Source: the human T2T-CHM13v2.0 reference genome, Homo sapiens. From it: DNA of 64,000 bases. Below the pieces are notes generated by a model. It was not told the DNA's origin. It made no database searches and saw nothing but the letters and a program-made list of their open reading frames with translations. The translations under genes were made by a program, and so were the position numbers. Location of the stretch: assembly GCF_009914755.1 (NCBI RefSeq), contig NC_060931.1. One strand, written 5' to 3'. Below are positions 1 through 20,739 of this stretch, one piece after another (the stretch's first letter is position 1; each line of letters opens with the position of its first letter).

Positions 1-533
1 AAAATAGAGATCATAAGACCGACAGAACAGACTCTGTGTGGCAATAAGATACCAAATTATAAAAGACCTATCTTAGGTCTTAAGATACCTAAGACCATGC
101 CAGGTAAGAGTTAATTCACACACCCCTATGCTTAAAGGATAAATTATGTTCTAACTGCCACAAGGTTTTCTTTTTTCTAGCAGCTATTTTAAGCTGAAAA
201 AGAAAAATAAGGAATCATAAAACAATTTTCAGCTCCACCAGATGCTGAAAAACTGAACTCCTGTTCCACCAGTCACAGCTGTAACTTTTACTGGATAAGA
301 TACTGATTTCAGTAACTTTCTTCTGATAAAAATACTACTAATCACAGACTAGTTCTGGCCAGTTTACAGAAATTGTGCAATTGTGTACCTTTTTGTCCTA
401 AAAAGACCTTTGACATACAGGACCTAATTGTAATATATTTAAATGTTGTCTCCACCCCAAAGTAAACATGGGTCATATGTTACATGTTTGTTCAGTACAA
501 ATTTGTCAAGGCCACTTTCATAAATATTCATAG
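1..533 (+). mobile_element. Old ERV1-class LTR fragment, interrupted by the HERV-H provirus (appears to continue after 5926)
   Basis: LTR-like sequence resembling the MER4/MER34 group. The HERV-H TSD CATAG sits inside it. Family not certain. Confidence 0.5.
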
Positions 534-922
534 TGTCAGGCCTCTGAGCCCAAGCTAAGCCATCATATCCCCTGTGACCTGCATGTATACAGCCAGATGG
601 CCTGAAGCAACTGAAGGTCCACAAAAGAAGGGAAAATAGCCTTAACTGATGACATTCCACCATTGTGATTTGTTCCTGCCCCACCCTAACTGATAAGATA
701 TAGTTTCCCCCCCGCCCTTAAGAAGGTACTTTGTAACATTCTCCCCCACCCTTAAGAATATACTTTGTACGCCTATCCCAAACCTATAAGAACTAATGAT
801 AATCCCACCACCCTTTGCTGACTCCTTTTTTGGACTCAGCCTGCCTGCACCCAGGTGAAATAAACAGCCTTGCTGCTCACACAAAGCCTGTTGGTGGTCT
901 CTTCACACAGACGTGCGTGACA
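534..922 (+). mobile_element. 5' LTR (LTR7 family)
   Basis: TG...CA ends, TATAAG box, AATAAA. About 95% identical by eye to the 3' LTR. Confidence 0.93.
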
Positions 923-924
923 TT

Positions 925-942
925 TGGTGCCGAAACACGGCA
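925..942 (+). other. Primer binding site, tRNA-Phe-like
   Basis: TGGTGCCGAAACACGGCA: 16/18 to the Phe PBS TGGTGCCGAAACCCGGGA, 13/18 to the His PBS TGGTGCCGTGACTCGGAT. Confidence 0.8.
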
Positions 943-1477
943 CAGGAGGACTCCTTCAGGAGGCCAGCCCCTGTCCTCGCCCTCACTCCATGAGGAGATC
1001 CACCTATGACCTCGGGTCCTCAGACCAAGCAGCCCAAGGAACATCTCACCAATTTCAAATCGTGTAAGCGGTCTTTTCACTCTTCTTCAGCTTCTCTCAC
1101 TACTCTTCAATCTTCCTCTCTCGCTACCCTTCAATCTCCCTGTCCTCCCAATTCCAGTTCTTTTTCCTCTTTAGTAGAGACAAGGAGACACATATTATCT
1201 GTGGACCCAAAACTCCGGTGCCGGTCACAGACTTGGGAAGACAGTCTTCCCTTGGTGTTTAATCACTTTGGGGACACCTGCCTGATTATTTACCCACACT
1301 CCATTGGTGTTTGATCACTGTGGGGACACCTGCCTTGGTCATTCACCCACATTCCCTTGGTGGCAAGTCAATTGTGGGGACATCTGCTTTGGCTGCTCAC
1401 CCATATTGCAGCCCAGGGCTGCTCACCACCCCCTTCTCCATCTCTCTACCTTTCTCTTTAAACTTACCTCCTTCACT

Positions 1478-2711
1478 ATGGGCAAACTTCTGCCCTCCAT
1501 TCCCCCTTCTTCTCCCTTAGCCTGTGTTCTCAAGAACTTAAAGCCTCTTCAACTCACACCTGACCTAAAACCTAAATGCCTTATTTTCTTCTGCAATACC
1601 ACTTGACCCCAATAAGAACTCAATAATGGTTCTAAATAGCCAGAAAATGGCACTTTTGATTTCTCCATTTTACAATATCTAGATAATTTTTGTTGAAAAA
1701 TGGGCAAATGGTCTGAGGTGCCTGGCGTACAGGCAGCCAGGCATTCTTTTACACATTGGTCCCTCCCTAGTCTCTGTTCCCAATGCGACTCGTCCCAAAT
1801 CTTTCTTCTTTCTCTCCTGTCTGTTCCTTCAGTCTCCACCCCAAGCTCTGAGTCCTGTGAATCCTCCTTTTCTACAGACCCATCTGACCTTTCCCCTCCT
1901 CCCCAGGCTGCTCCTTGCCAGGCCAAGCCAGGTCCCAACTCTTTTTCAGCCTCCGCTCCCTCACCCTATAACCCTTCTATTACCTCCCCTCCTCACACCC
2001 AGTCTGGCTTACAGCTTCATTCCATGACTAGCCCTCCCCGACCTGCCCAACAATTTCCTCTTAGAGAGTGGCTGAAGCTGAAGGCATAGCCAAGGTTAAT
2101 GCTCCTTTTTCTTTATCCGACCTCTCCCAAATCAGTTAGCATTTAGGCTCTTTTTCATCAAATATGAAAACCCAGCCCAGTCCATGGCCCATTTGGCAAC
2201 AAGCCTTAGACACTTTACCACCCTAGACACAGAGGGGCCTGAAGTCTGTCTTATTCTCAATATGCATTTTACTACCCAACCCACTCCCGACATTAGAAAA
2301 AGCTCCAAAAATTAGATTCTGGCCCTCAACCCCACAACAGCACTTAATTGATCTCACCTTCAAGGGGTACAATAATAGAGAAGAGTTGCAATTACTTGCC
2401 TCCACTGTGAGAGAAACCCAGCCACATCTCCAGCACACAAGAACTTCAAAATGCCTAAACCGCAGGGGCAAGGCATTCCTCCAGGACCACCTCCCCCAGG
2501 ATCTTGCTTCAAGTGCCGGAAATCTGGCCACTGGGCCAAGGAATGCCTGCAGCCCAGGACTCCTCCTAAGCTGTGTCCCATCTGTGCAGGACCCCACTGG
2601 AAATCAGACTGTCCAACTCACCCAGCAGCCATTCCCAGAGCCCCTAGAACTCTGGCCCAAGGATCTCTGATTGACTCCTTCCCAGATCTCGGCTTAGTGG
2701 CTGAAGACTGA
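1478..2711 (+). pseudogene. gag: HERV-H gag remnant (matrix start; nucleocapsid zinc knuckles)
   Basis: MGKLLPSIPPSSPLACVLKN start. [14 protein letters not shown] and [13 protein letters not shown] in ORF 2451-2711. Multiple stops and frameshifts. Confidence 0.88.
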
Positions 2712-2749
2712 TGCTGCCCAATCACCTTGGAAGCCTACAGGACCATCAC

Positions 2750-4730
2750 AGATGCTTTGGGTAACTCTTACAGTGGAGGGTAAGTCTGTCCCCTTCTTAA
2801 TCAATATGGAGGCTACCCACTCCACATTACCTTCTTTTCAAGGGCATGTTTCCCTTGCCTCCATAACTGTTGTGAGTATTGACAAGAGGCTTTAAACCTT
2901 TTAAAACTCCCCAACTCTGGTGCCAACTTGGACAATGTTCTTTTATACAATCCTTTTTAGTTATCCCTACCTGCCCAGCTCCCTTATTAGGTCGAAACAT
3001 TTTAACTAAATTATCTGCTTCCCTGACTATTCCTAGGCTACAGCCACACCTCATTGCCACCTTTTTCCTCAGTTCAAAGCCTCCTTCACATCCTCCCCTT
3101 GTATCTCCCCACCTTAATCCACAAGTATAGGACACCTCTACTCCCTCCTTCGTGACTGATCATGCACACCTTACCATCCCATTAAAACGTAATCACCCTT
3201 ACCCTGCTCAATGCCAATATCCCATCCCACAGCACACTTTAAAAAGATTAAAGCCTGTTATCACTCTCCTGCTACAGCATGGGCTTCTAAAGCCTATAAA
3301 CTCTCCTTACAATTCCCCCATTTTACCTATCCAAAAACCAGACAAGTCTTACAGGTTAGTTCAGGATCTGCGCCTTATCAACCAAACTGTCTTGCCTATC
3401 CACCCTGTGGTGCCAAATACATATACTCTCCTATCCTCAATACCTCCCTCTACAACCCATTATTCTGTTCTAGATAAACCTAGCTGACCCCATAAATCCT
3501 AAATCCTTTCCCCACTCCCCTTTCCATTCCTTAAAAAACAGCCCTAAAAGCTGCTCCCACACTAGCTCTCCTTAATTCATCCCAACCCTTTTCATTACAC
3601 ACAGCCAAAGTACAGGGCTGCGCAGTCAGAATTCTTACACAAGAGCTGGGACTGTGCCCTGTAGCCTTTCTGTCCAAACAACTTGACTTTACTGTTTTAG
3701 CCTAGCCCTCATGTCTGCGTGAAGTGGCTGCCGCTGCTTTAATACTTTTAAAGCCCCTCAAAATCACAAGCTATACTCCACTTACTCTCTACAGTTCCCA
3801 TAACTTTCAAAATCTATTTTCCTCCTCACACTTGACACATATACTTTCTGCCCCCCAGCTCCTTCAGCTATACTCACTCTTGTTGAGTCTCCTACAATTA
3901 CCATTGTTCCTGGCCCAGAGTTCAATCTGGCCTCCCACATTATCCCAGATGCCACACCTGATCCCCATGACTGTATCTCTCTGATCCACCTGACATTCAC
4001 TCCATTTCCCCATATTTCCTTCTTTCCTGTTCCTCACACTGATCACACTTGGTTTATTGATGGCAATTCCACCAGGCCTAATCGCCACTCACCAGCAAAG
4101 GCAGGGTGTGCTATAGTGTCTTCCACATCTATCACTGAGGTTACTGCTCTGCCCCTCTCCACTACCTCTCAGCAAGTTGAACTCATTGCCTTAACTCAGG
4201 CCTTCACTCTTGCAAAGGGACTACGCATCAATGTTTATACTGACTCTAAATATGCCTTCCATATCCTGCACCACCATGCTGTTATATGGGCAGAAGGAAA
4301 TTTCCTCACTACACAAGTGTCCTCCATCATTAATGCCTCCTTAATAAAAACTCTTCTTAAAGCTGCTTTACTTCCAAGGAAGCTGGAGTCATTCACTGCA
4401 AGGGCCATCAAAAAGGCATCAGATCCCATCACTCAGGGCAATGCTTATGCTGATAAGGTAGCTAAAGAAGCAGCTAGTGTTCCAACTTCTGTCCCTCATA
4501 GCCAGTTTTTCTCCATCTCATTGGTCATGCCTATTTACTCTCTTACTGAAGTTTCCACCTATCAATCCCTCTCCACTCAAGGCAGATGGTTCTTAGACCA
4601 AAAAAAAATCTCCTTCCAGCCTCACAGGCCCATTCTATTCTGTCGTCATTTCATAACCTCTTCCATGTAGGTTACAAGCTGTTAGCCCACCTCTTAAAAC
4701 CTCTCGTTTCCTTTCCATCATGAAAATTTA
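2750..4730 (+). pseudogene. pol: HERV-H pro/pol remnant (protease, partial RT, RNase H), internally deleted
   Basis: PAPLLGRNIL (protease), SPYNSPILPIQKPDKSYRLVQDLRLIN (RT N-terminus) and VYTDSKYAF...GNAYADKVAK (RNase H). RT core and most of integrase are missing. Confidence 0.88.
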
Positions 4731-4812
4731 TCCCCAACCCGCCACTCTTGACTGCCTCTTGGAGTGCACAGACAATCTTTGCTGACAGGACACACTCCAA
4801 TACTTTCACCCT

Positions 4813-5380
4813 GATGAAGTCCTATTCTTTACTTTTATACTCACTCTTATTCTCGTTCCTGTTCTTATGCCACCCTCTACCTCTCCCCAGCTATCTCCAC
4901 CACACTATCAATCTCACTCACTCTCTCCTACCCGTTTCTAATCCTTCTTTAACAAACAATTGCTGGCTTTGCATTTCTCTTTCCTCAAAACTCGCCAAGG
5001 CCCTGACTTACTCACTGCTAAAAAAAAAGGGGGACTCTGTATATTTTTAAATGAAGAGTGTTGTTTTTACCTAAATCAGTCTGGCCTGGTAAACAGTATC
5101 AAAAAACTCAAGGATAGAGCCCAAAAACTTGCCAACCAAGCAAATAATTAACACTGAACCCCTCTGGACACTCTCTAATTGGATGTCCTGGGTACTCCCA
5201 ATTCTTAATCCTTTAATACCTACTTTTCTCCTTCTTTTATTCGTGCCTTGTGTCTTCTGTTTAGTTTCTCAATTCATACAAAACTGCATCCAGGCCATCA
5301 CCAATAATTCTATAGGACAAACGCTCCTTCTAACAACCCCACAATATCACCCCTTACCCCAAAGCCTTTCTTCAGTTTAA
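4813..5380 (+). pseudogene. env: HERV-H env remnant (SU start joined to TM)
   Basis: NCWLCISL motif is followed almost immediately by DLLTAKKKGGLCIFLNEECCFYLNQSG (CX6CC) and a transmembrane segment. Most of SU is deleted. Confidence 0.85.
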
Positions 5381-5541
5381 TCTCTCCTACTGTAGGTTCC
5401 CATGCCACCCCTAATCCCGCTGGAAGCAGCCCTGAGAAACATCACCCATTATCTCTCCATACTACCCCCCAAAATTTTCACCACCCCAACACTTCACCAC
5501 TATTTTGTTTTGTTTTGTTTTTTATTAATATAAGACAGGAA

Positions 5542-5921
5542 TGTCAGGCCTCTGATCCCAAGCTAAGCCGTCATATCCCCTGTGACCTGCACGTATACAT
5601 CCAGATGGCCTGAAGCAACTGAAGATCCACAAAAGAAGGGAAAATAGCCTTAACTGATGACATTCCACCACTGTGATTTGTTCCTGCCCCACCCTAACTG
5701 ATAAGATATAGTCTCCCCAACCCTTAAAAAGGTACTTCGTAATATTCTCCCCCACCCTTAAGAATGTACTTTGTACGCCTATCCCAAACCTATAGAACTA
5801 ATGATAATCCCACCACCCTTTGCTGACTCCTTTTTTGGACTCAGGCCACCTGCACCCAGGTGAAATAAACAGCCTTGTTGCTCACACAAAGCCTGTTGGT
5901 GGTCTCTTCACACACATGACA
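5542..5921 (+). mobile_element. 3' LTR (LTR7 family)
   Basis: Direct repeat of 534-922, followed by TSD CATAG. Confidence 0.93.
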
Positions 5922-6464
5922 CATAGCTTCTTCTGTAACCTCTTAAATATATATGTTTAGCCAACCTGTCATCAAATCCCCAGGAACTCCATGTACAATT
6001 GACAGAGAGGAACAAACTAGTTGATTTTTTTTATTAATATGGGGGGTTGTATATTCTGTAGTCAACATCTGCTTATCCGTTGATTCAAAAAAGACTGCAA
6101 TGTTTACAGGGGTGCCAGGAAAAACCAATGACATGGATAATTTAGAGTACTATTATTTTGTCTACCACACAGAGTATGTCCTCCAAAATCAATGCAAATA
6201 ATCTAAAATAAATGATAAAAATTTTATGTTTGGAGAATAAAGCATACTCCTAAATAAACATAGATCATTGTAGTCCCACTTGTTTATTTTTGCTTTTGTT
6301 GTCTGAGCTTTTATTGTGGTATCTAAAAAATCATTACCAAGGCCAGTATCAAAGAGCTTTTACCCTAAGTTTTCTTCTACTAACTTTGGAATGCCATTGG
6401 CTGAGAGGGGGTGTCCATTCAGATGGTTGGGCCATGCTTAGAATTTTATTTTTGGTTTACAATT

Positions 6465-6813
6465 CCTTCTGAGACTCAAAGAAAGAATCAATTTTCTTGC
6501 CATTTCCAGCTAGAACCTATTCTGATTCCTTGACTTTTGGCCCCTTTCTCTATCTCCGAAGCCAGCAACATTGCATTCTCTCTGACTCTTCTGTTTTCAA
6601 ATCTTTCCAGTTAATCAAAATAGAGAAAGACTCCGGTTTTAAAGATTCATGTGATATGATTGGGCCCACTTGTAAAATCCAAGATAATCTTCTCATCTCA
6701 AGATTTCCAACACTAGACACATCTGCAAAGTACCTTTTGCCAGGTAAGGTAACAGATTCACAGGCTCTGGAGGACTTGGACTTCTTTGGAGGAGCCACTA
6801 TTCAGCCTACCAC
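6465..6813 (-). mobile_element. MLT1-type MaLR LTR
   Basis: Ends in ...CACTATTCAGCCTACCACA, the reverse complement of the MLT1 start TGTGGTAGGCTGAATA. Confidence 0.7.
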
Positions 6814-6993
6814 AGCTAGTAAAAAAAATAAAAATTCTTTAGTCTTACAAAGAATATCTTCAACCATATACACCAAGTACTAAGTTTAATATCGAATTAT
6901 CAACAGCTTTCCCTTTACAGCCAGGAATACCATAGGATTTTCACTATCATTTTGTGTATTAAACATTGTCCTGGAGGGTGTAAATGATAAGAT

Positions 6994-7723
6994 TGAAACT
7001 GCCTTTGCAAAAATTACAACAATTAGAAGATTATGGCAGTGAAGGGGATGTAATCTGGCCAAATTCCTTCTTGCCTTTGGTCTTCAAGTTGACCTTAATT
7101 ATTCCTGAGCTTAGGCTAAGCTAACTTCGGAAGACATTTAGTTTATAGCTTAAATGATAATAGCCCTTCCCTAAAACTCAACCACTGTTGTAAAGCTAAT
7201 GAGAGACCACCAGGCTAGGAGGATGGAGAGGCCTGAATTTTGCTAGGTGTAGACATAAATGATTGCCAGCCATTATTCCAGAAGTCACAAGATATGCAAC
7301 TTCCCCAGTTACTTCTGCAGATAACATCACTATTGTAGAACCTAAGATTGGCCTTTTGAGATATATTTTCAGGTTTTTCGCATGTCCGATACCAATGGCT
7401 TCAGCTGGACCTCCCAAGCTCCTGTGGTCCCACCCAGAGGCGACTTAGCTTGTAGAAGGACCATCTTCCACACCCCTGTGATTGCAACCCCAATGAATCA
7501 ACAACAAGCACTCACTGCCTAGCCACCCCACCCGTTCCCTCAAATTACCTTGGAAAAATCCTAGCCCCCAAATTCTCTGGTAGGCTGATTTGAGCAATAA
7601 TAAAACTTGGTCTTCCCTTTCACTGGCTCTACATGTATAAAACTTTCTCTATTGCAATTCCTCTGCCTCGATAAACCAGCTATATGTGGACACCAGGCAA
7701 GAAGAGTCCATTGTATGGTTACA
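6994..7723 (+). mobile_element. ERV1 solo LTR, LTR8-like
   Basis: Starts TGAAACTGCCTTTGCAAAAATTA and ends ...GGTTACA. Contains AATAAA. Confidence 0.75.
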
Positions 7724-7823
7724 CAGTAAATTAAGAAAAAATACAAAGTATAAGGGTAAGAATTTTTAAAAACTGTTATATTTGCAAGTAATATATTTGT
7801 GCATAGAGAAGATTCAAGAGCAC

Positions 7824-8570
7824 TGTAAAGGAAAATTTAAAAATCTCAATGCATGCCTATATCAAAGTATCTCATGTACCCCATAAATATATATACTTAT
7901 GATGTACCCACAAAAATTGAAAATAAAAAAAATCTCAGGAACCCCAAACTCCTTACATCAAAAGGAAAATTAAGCCTGGTGACTGAGTGGCACAACACAA
8001 ACACATCATCCTTTTCCCAAATGAATAGCTTTTACTTCATAATCTTGTGTCAAAGCATTATCCATTAGCCACAACCCCTGCAGAAAGGCAAAAAGCCTCA
8101 GGTATCCCTGATGACTGTCTTCACAAATTGTTCTTTGCTGGCCTTAAGCTTTCAGGAGGTATATCCTGCCATAAAAAAAAGGGCATGTCAATTATAACTT
8201 TAGGTCTGCAATATAAGTCTAGCTCCTATAACTAAAGTCTGTTAAAATTCAGACTGATAATGTCAATTACAAGATAATCTTCCCAAGTACAGAACAAAGA
8301 CAAGCTGAGATTGATCAATCCTCCACCTACCCTGAGAAATCTGCATAACTGATTTTCCTTTACTCCCTCTTTTTTTGGTAAAACATTCACCTTATCTTAT
8401 GTAAAATGTAGATTTACAAGGCACTAACTAAAGTCTCACAAGGATGTAACCATTCACCTCACACCACCTACATGCCTTCCCCATTTCAAGGAAATGTATA
8501 AATGCTAAACCTCCTGAAAACCTCTTTGGAGAACACAAGAATTGGCAATCTGGCACTGGTGGTTTCATTT
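7824..8570 (+). mobile_element. ERV1 (MER4-group) LTR with a ~80 bp L1 3'-end insertion at ~7849-7927
   Basis: LTR-like sequence. The insert ATGCATGCCTATATCAAAGTATCTCATGTACCCCATAAAT... is flanked by the duplicated AAAAATCTCA. Confidence 0.6.
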
Positions 8571-8652
8571 CTTGGTGTAAATTACATAGCACGCTTATAA
8601 AACTACAGCTGCTTTTTGTTGTTTGTAATTTGGACTTCAGAAAAACATTGTG

Positions 8653-8776
8653 GGCCAGGTATGGTGGTCCACATCTGTAATCCCAGCATTTTGGGAAGCC
8701 AAGGCAGGCAGATCCCTCGAGGCCAGGAGTTCAAGACCAGTAAAACTTCATCTCTACTAAAAATACAAAAAATAGC
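8653..8776 (+). mobile_element. Alu left monomer only
   Basis: GGCCAGGTATGGTGG...CTCTACTAAAAATACAAAAAATAGC, directly abutting an L1. Confidence 0.85.
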
Positions 8777-12869
<4,093 letters not shown>

Positions 12870-12874
12870 GTAGC

Positions 12875-13270
12875 AGGCAACATGGTGTTGGCCAGGTAGA
12901 GAACCCACCTGCATAATAAAAGATTAGGGTTGGTGGGGGCAGCTTCTTCACATGCTATGCAAACAGCACACCTAGTCCTAGCCAGTTCTTTCTGTGCTAT
13001 GCAAATGGCACACCTGGCCTGACCAATCTTTCACGCCCTATGTAAATCAGATACCGCCTCCTCAAGCTCATCTAAAAAATTTCCTACACTTCACTGCAGA
13101 CTGGAAAACTTGCTCCGGACCCCCTCTCTCTTCAGGAGAGAGCTTTTCTCTTTCTTTTGCCTGTTAAGCCTCTGTTCTTAACCTCACTGCTTGTGTATCC
13201 ACATCCTTGATTTCCTTGGTGTGAGGCAACAAATCTCAGGTATTACCCCAGATGAACGATGCTGCTTCAC
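12875..13270 (+). mobile_element. ERV1 LTR, 3' portion (MER4/MER50-group-like)
   Basis: CCTATGTAAATCAGATACCGCCTCCTCAAGCTCATC promoter-like block. Ends ...GCTGCTTCA. Confidence 0.55.
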
Positions 13271-13736
13271 TGGGACTCAAATCATTTCATCCAAAGCTCA
13301 TAGGTTAGGAGTTTTTCAAAGGCAGTTTGGGGGAAGGGGTCGGGGTGGCTAGGTTTGCTGCTAATTGGTTGGGCTGGAGATGAAATCATAGGCGTTAAAG
13401 CTGTACTCCTGCAGGCTGGATAGCTTGTAGGTGGGGCCACAGCAGTGGGATTGGTGGGTCCAGGTGGAGCCATGGGTGTTAGACATGCAAAAAAACCTGA
13501 AAGGATGTCTCAAAGGGTCAGTCTACAAAAGTGGTGTCATCTGCAGGAATAATTGGAGAAGTTGCCTATCTTATAACCTCAAGAATAGTGGCAAACAATC
13601 ATTCATGTCTGAGTCTTAGCCAGACTCAGCCTCCTCTCCTTCCCCAAGCCTCATGGCCTCCCATTAGCTTTACAAAGCCTGTTAAGTTTTAGGCCTGCTA
13701 TCATTTAAACTATAGTCTAAATGTCTTCCAAAAGTA

Positions 13737-13814
13737 TTAGATTGGTTCAAAGCTAACTGCAGTTTTGCCATTAAAAGTAATGGCAAAAACTGCAATTACT
13801 TTTGCACCAAACTA
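13737..13814. mobile_element. MADE1 (Hsmar1 mariner MITE)
   Basis: ~80-bp palindrome TTAGATTGGTTCAAAG...GCCATTAAAAGTAATGGC...CTTTTGCACCAAACTA with TA flanks. Confidence 0.9.
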
Positions 13815-13821
13815 TAGCTTA

Positions 13822-14131
<310 letters not shown>

Positions 14132-15051
14132 TTAGCTTAGCCCTATCGCCCAGGAATAAAGGAAACAGCAAGATGGGGCAGTGGGGTAGTTAGCTCAACT
14201 TACTGTTATATTACTCATTGATACAATTTTTGCAAAGGTGGTTTTAGTATGACTCTACACCTTTTGGGTCACCCATTTGTAATCCATTCTACTGAAGGAA
14301 GCCAAAATATTACCCTCTAAAACACTTAGGATTGTTGAGCTAAACACAGCTAAAAGGCAGGGAGATTCTCTGCCCTTCTTTTGTTTGCCTAAAGCGAGGA
14401 CATAAATCCTCCCTTACTGGAGACAGCTGCTTATTAGCCCACTAATGGGCCAGGGGAATCTGTGAGCAGACTTTACCTCTATAAATTTGCCTTCCTATAT
14501 TTGCCCACCTTTTGGCACTACCCCTATGGGCAGATTTTGTCTTCCTGCTTCATTAAATATCTCTTTAAATTTTTCATCTGAACTCTCTGTGTAGCCAGTC
14601 AACTGAGAAGCTGAGACCCTAGAGAATATGGCCAGAGTGATATGGGTTGTACACCCATTTGTAGCTAGCAAAACTTTTCTCTCTTTGAACTTTCTTTGGC
14701 ATGAATCTGGAATCTTGTGAGAACTGTCCTGCATCTCTTTGGAGAAGGCTCGTTGATCAATGTATTGATTACATCATAACATTGGTTAAAGCTTATTGGT
14801 TTTGGTGAGTCACTTGCAAAGATACCTTTGGTTTAAAAGAGGGGGGAAATGGTACAAAAGCAGGAATATTGACTGTTCTGGCTGAAATATGATAAGAGAC
14901 TTGAAGTTTTTTTTTTAAGATCTCTATAGTCAAAAGTCGATTTAATTAAAAGCTGATATTTAAGATACATATGCATATATACTTTTTAATTGGGCCTCTG
15001 TTCTCTATAAAAACTTGTCAGTTGACTAAATTTCTTTCTTCTTAACCCTTT

Positions 15052-15950
<899 letters not shown>

Positions 15951-16225
15951 CTTACTAACTGTATGCACTCCCTTAGTTTGCTTCTGTTTTGTTGACATGA
16001 TTTGTGCCAAGAATGATGTAAAACTTCACTGGCCTTTTGAAAGCTTAAACTCTTTCTCTGTACTATGAAACATAAATTTCCTACCTTGTTTTGTAAATCA
16101 GTAAGGGCTTCAGCCTGTGAGACAGATAAACTTTAACTCGTTCCATTTACAAAGCCACAGTTTGATTCCAACTGTCTTTTTAAACTACTGAGTTTTGCCT
16201 GACTCATGGGTAAAATATTAAAATC

Positions 16226-16822
16226 TGTGAACCCTAAATAACTGAGACAGGTCTCAGTCAAATTAGAAAGTTTGTTTTGCCAAAGCTAAGAAAGCACCCA
16301 TGACACAGCCTCAGGACATCCTGACAACATGTGCCCAAGGTGGTCAGGGTACAGCTTGCTTTATTTTAGGGAGATATGAGGCATCAATCAAATGTGTAAA
16401 ATGTACATTGGTTCGTTCCAGTAAGGCAGGACAACTCAAAGTGGGGGTTTCCATGTTAGAAGTAGATAAAAGACAAAAGGCTGCATTATTTTAAGTACTT
16501 GATCAGTCTTCCACTGAATACACAATTTAATCTGTCTCAGTGAATCTGCATTTTTACATAAACAATAGGTCAGAGGAAGTAATTAGATATGCATCTGTCT
16601 CAGGCAAGCCTCAGAGGGACAATTTTGAGTTCTGTCTGTTCTTTGTCCACAAAGAATTTCCTTGTGGGAAAATTGTGAGGGAGGTATGTGGCTTCTTATC
16701 TCTGTAGCTATCTTATTTAGGGATAATAAAATGGGAGGCAGGTTTGCCCTAAGCAGTCCCCGGCTTGCCTTTTCCCTTTGGCTTAGTGATTTTGTGGTGC
16801 CAAGATTTATTTTCCTTTCACA
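16226..16822 (-). mobile_element. MER4A-like solo LTR
   Basis: TGTGAACCCT...TTTCCTTTCACA with 4-bp TSD AATC. Confidence 0.85.
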
Positions 16823-17153
16823 AATCAAAACTATAAAATCTTTGTCTGTATTTTTATACTTGTGTAAATGTTTGTGTTTGTATATAGTATACAAGTGACA
16901 AAACTGACTTTTAAAAAGGCCCAAATGAACCTTTAAGTTTCTTGCCTTTAGGATACTTGCCTAACATATAGTAATATAAAAATAGTTAATAGAAAATTTA
17001 ACTTGAGATGATGGCCAAATGTGTCCTATGTCTTATAAACTTTTCCAAACATAATTGTTAAGAGTGAATAAATTAAATAGATGTAAATGGGATGAGTTCA
17101 TAAATGAACTATTAATACCTATTAAGTTTTATAATATGCTTACTTAAAAAGGT

Positions 17154-17895
<742 letters not shown>

Positions 17896-18120
17896 AACAT
17901 TTTTAAAGGTCTTTAAAATCTTTTTGTTAACTATACCCTCAAAATTTGCTATGCTAAATTAAAGGATGGATATTCATTGAATATCTAAATTATCTCTAAA
18001 TAAGATACAATTCTAAGACATTAATGACTATGAGTTGAAGCTTAAATACTTTTGACTTCTTATTTCAGAGAAACAAAAGATATTTATATTTCTTAGTAAA
18101 AATGTCCTGTTTTACATTTT

Positions 18121-19822
<1,702 letters not shown>

Positions 19823-20739
19823 TGACACTTAAAAATTGCTTACTTCTTAGGTTTTCACTATGAATTAAGGTTACTAGGAGTTAAAATTCTAATTAATACA
19901 TGGTAACTAGAATTAGGGATAAGAAGGATAACAATTCTATACACAGAATGTACAAAAAACACATAAGATTTTTTTTTGGTGAGGATGGTTATAAGATGGA
20001 TATGAGGATATGTTTTTTGTTAAAGGAAAAGCGATTTTGCCTAGGTTAGAGGTTATTTAAAAGTTGTACTAAATTGAAGAAATAAAAGAAGAACAATGAG
20101 ATAAAGTGAATGGATATAGGAATTCAGGAAAAGAAAGAGAATGGAAAAAATTATAAGAGGTTTAAAATGTTTATGAAAGTCATCTTCTGTGGTCAAAAGT
20201 GATTGAGATTACAGGCATAAGCCATCGTGCCTGGCCCAAGTGCTCTTGAATACAGGTTTCTGATAACTTTGGAGATCATACCATTGGACTAGGTAAAAAA
20301 TACTTCCAGAACTCTCATAAAAACAACTGATGTATTTATGAAGATTGCTAGGCCAATATCGAGCAGAAAAAGAATTAATTCCATGGAACTGAACTAAGGA
20401 AGGACTGAAATAATTTTTACTTCTTTTTGCTTAAAACATTGTAAAATCTTTTTGTTTTGTTTTCCAAAGTCCTAAAAACTTTTTTTTCTTTTGAGCTCTT
20501 CATGGCTTATAGCAATAGGTAAAGTAAACTTTCGTGAGCAAATTGAGACATTTACCTTTCTCTCTACCTGATTTCTCCAGAATTTAGAAGCTATTCAAGA
20601 ACATTATTATTTCATGGCAATATTGTTATTTTCATGAGTTCAATAAGAATCTGTTTTTCTTTGTAGCAGGACACAATTGGAGACACTGCCTATTCAAGGC
20701 TTTCACTGGAATGGCATATTTTCAGATACAACAAGGAGA

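Larger units (their letters stand above)
534..5921 (+). mobile_element. HERV-H provirus, common deleted ~5.4 kb form with two LTR7-family LTRs
   Basis: LTRs TGTCAGGCCTCTGA...TGACA at 534-922 and 5542-5921. 5-bp TSD CATAG at 529-533 and 5922-5926. PBS at 925-942, PPT at 5532-5541. Decayed gag/pro/pol/env between the LTRs. Confidence 0.95.

Noticed and set aside
1250-1400. Short spaced repeats (GGGGACACCTGCC-like) resembling an array
   Set aside because: Normal repeated motifs of the HERV-H leader. Not a CRISPR array, and this is eukaryotic DNA.
13737-13814. 80-bp hairpin as a possible novel ncRNA or miRNA
   Set aside because: Explained by the MADE1 MITE. Although miR-548 genes derive from MADE1, this copy has mismatched arms and there is no expression evidence.
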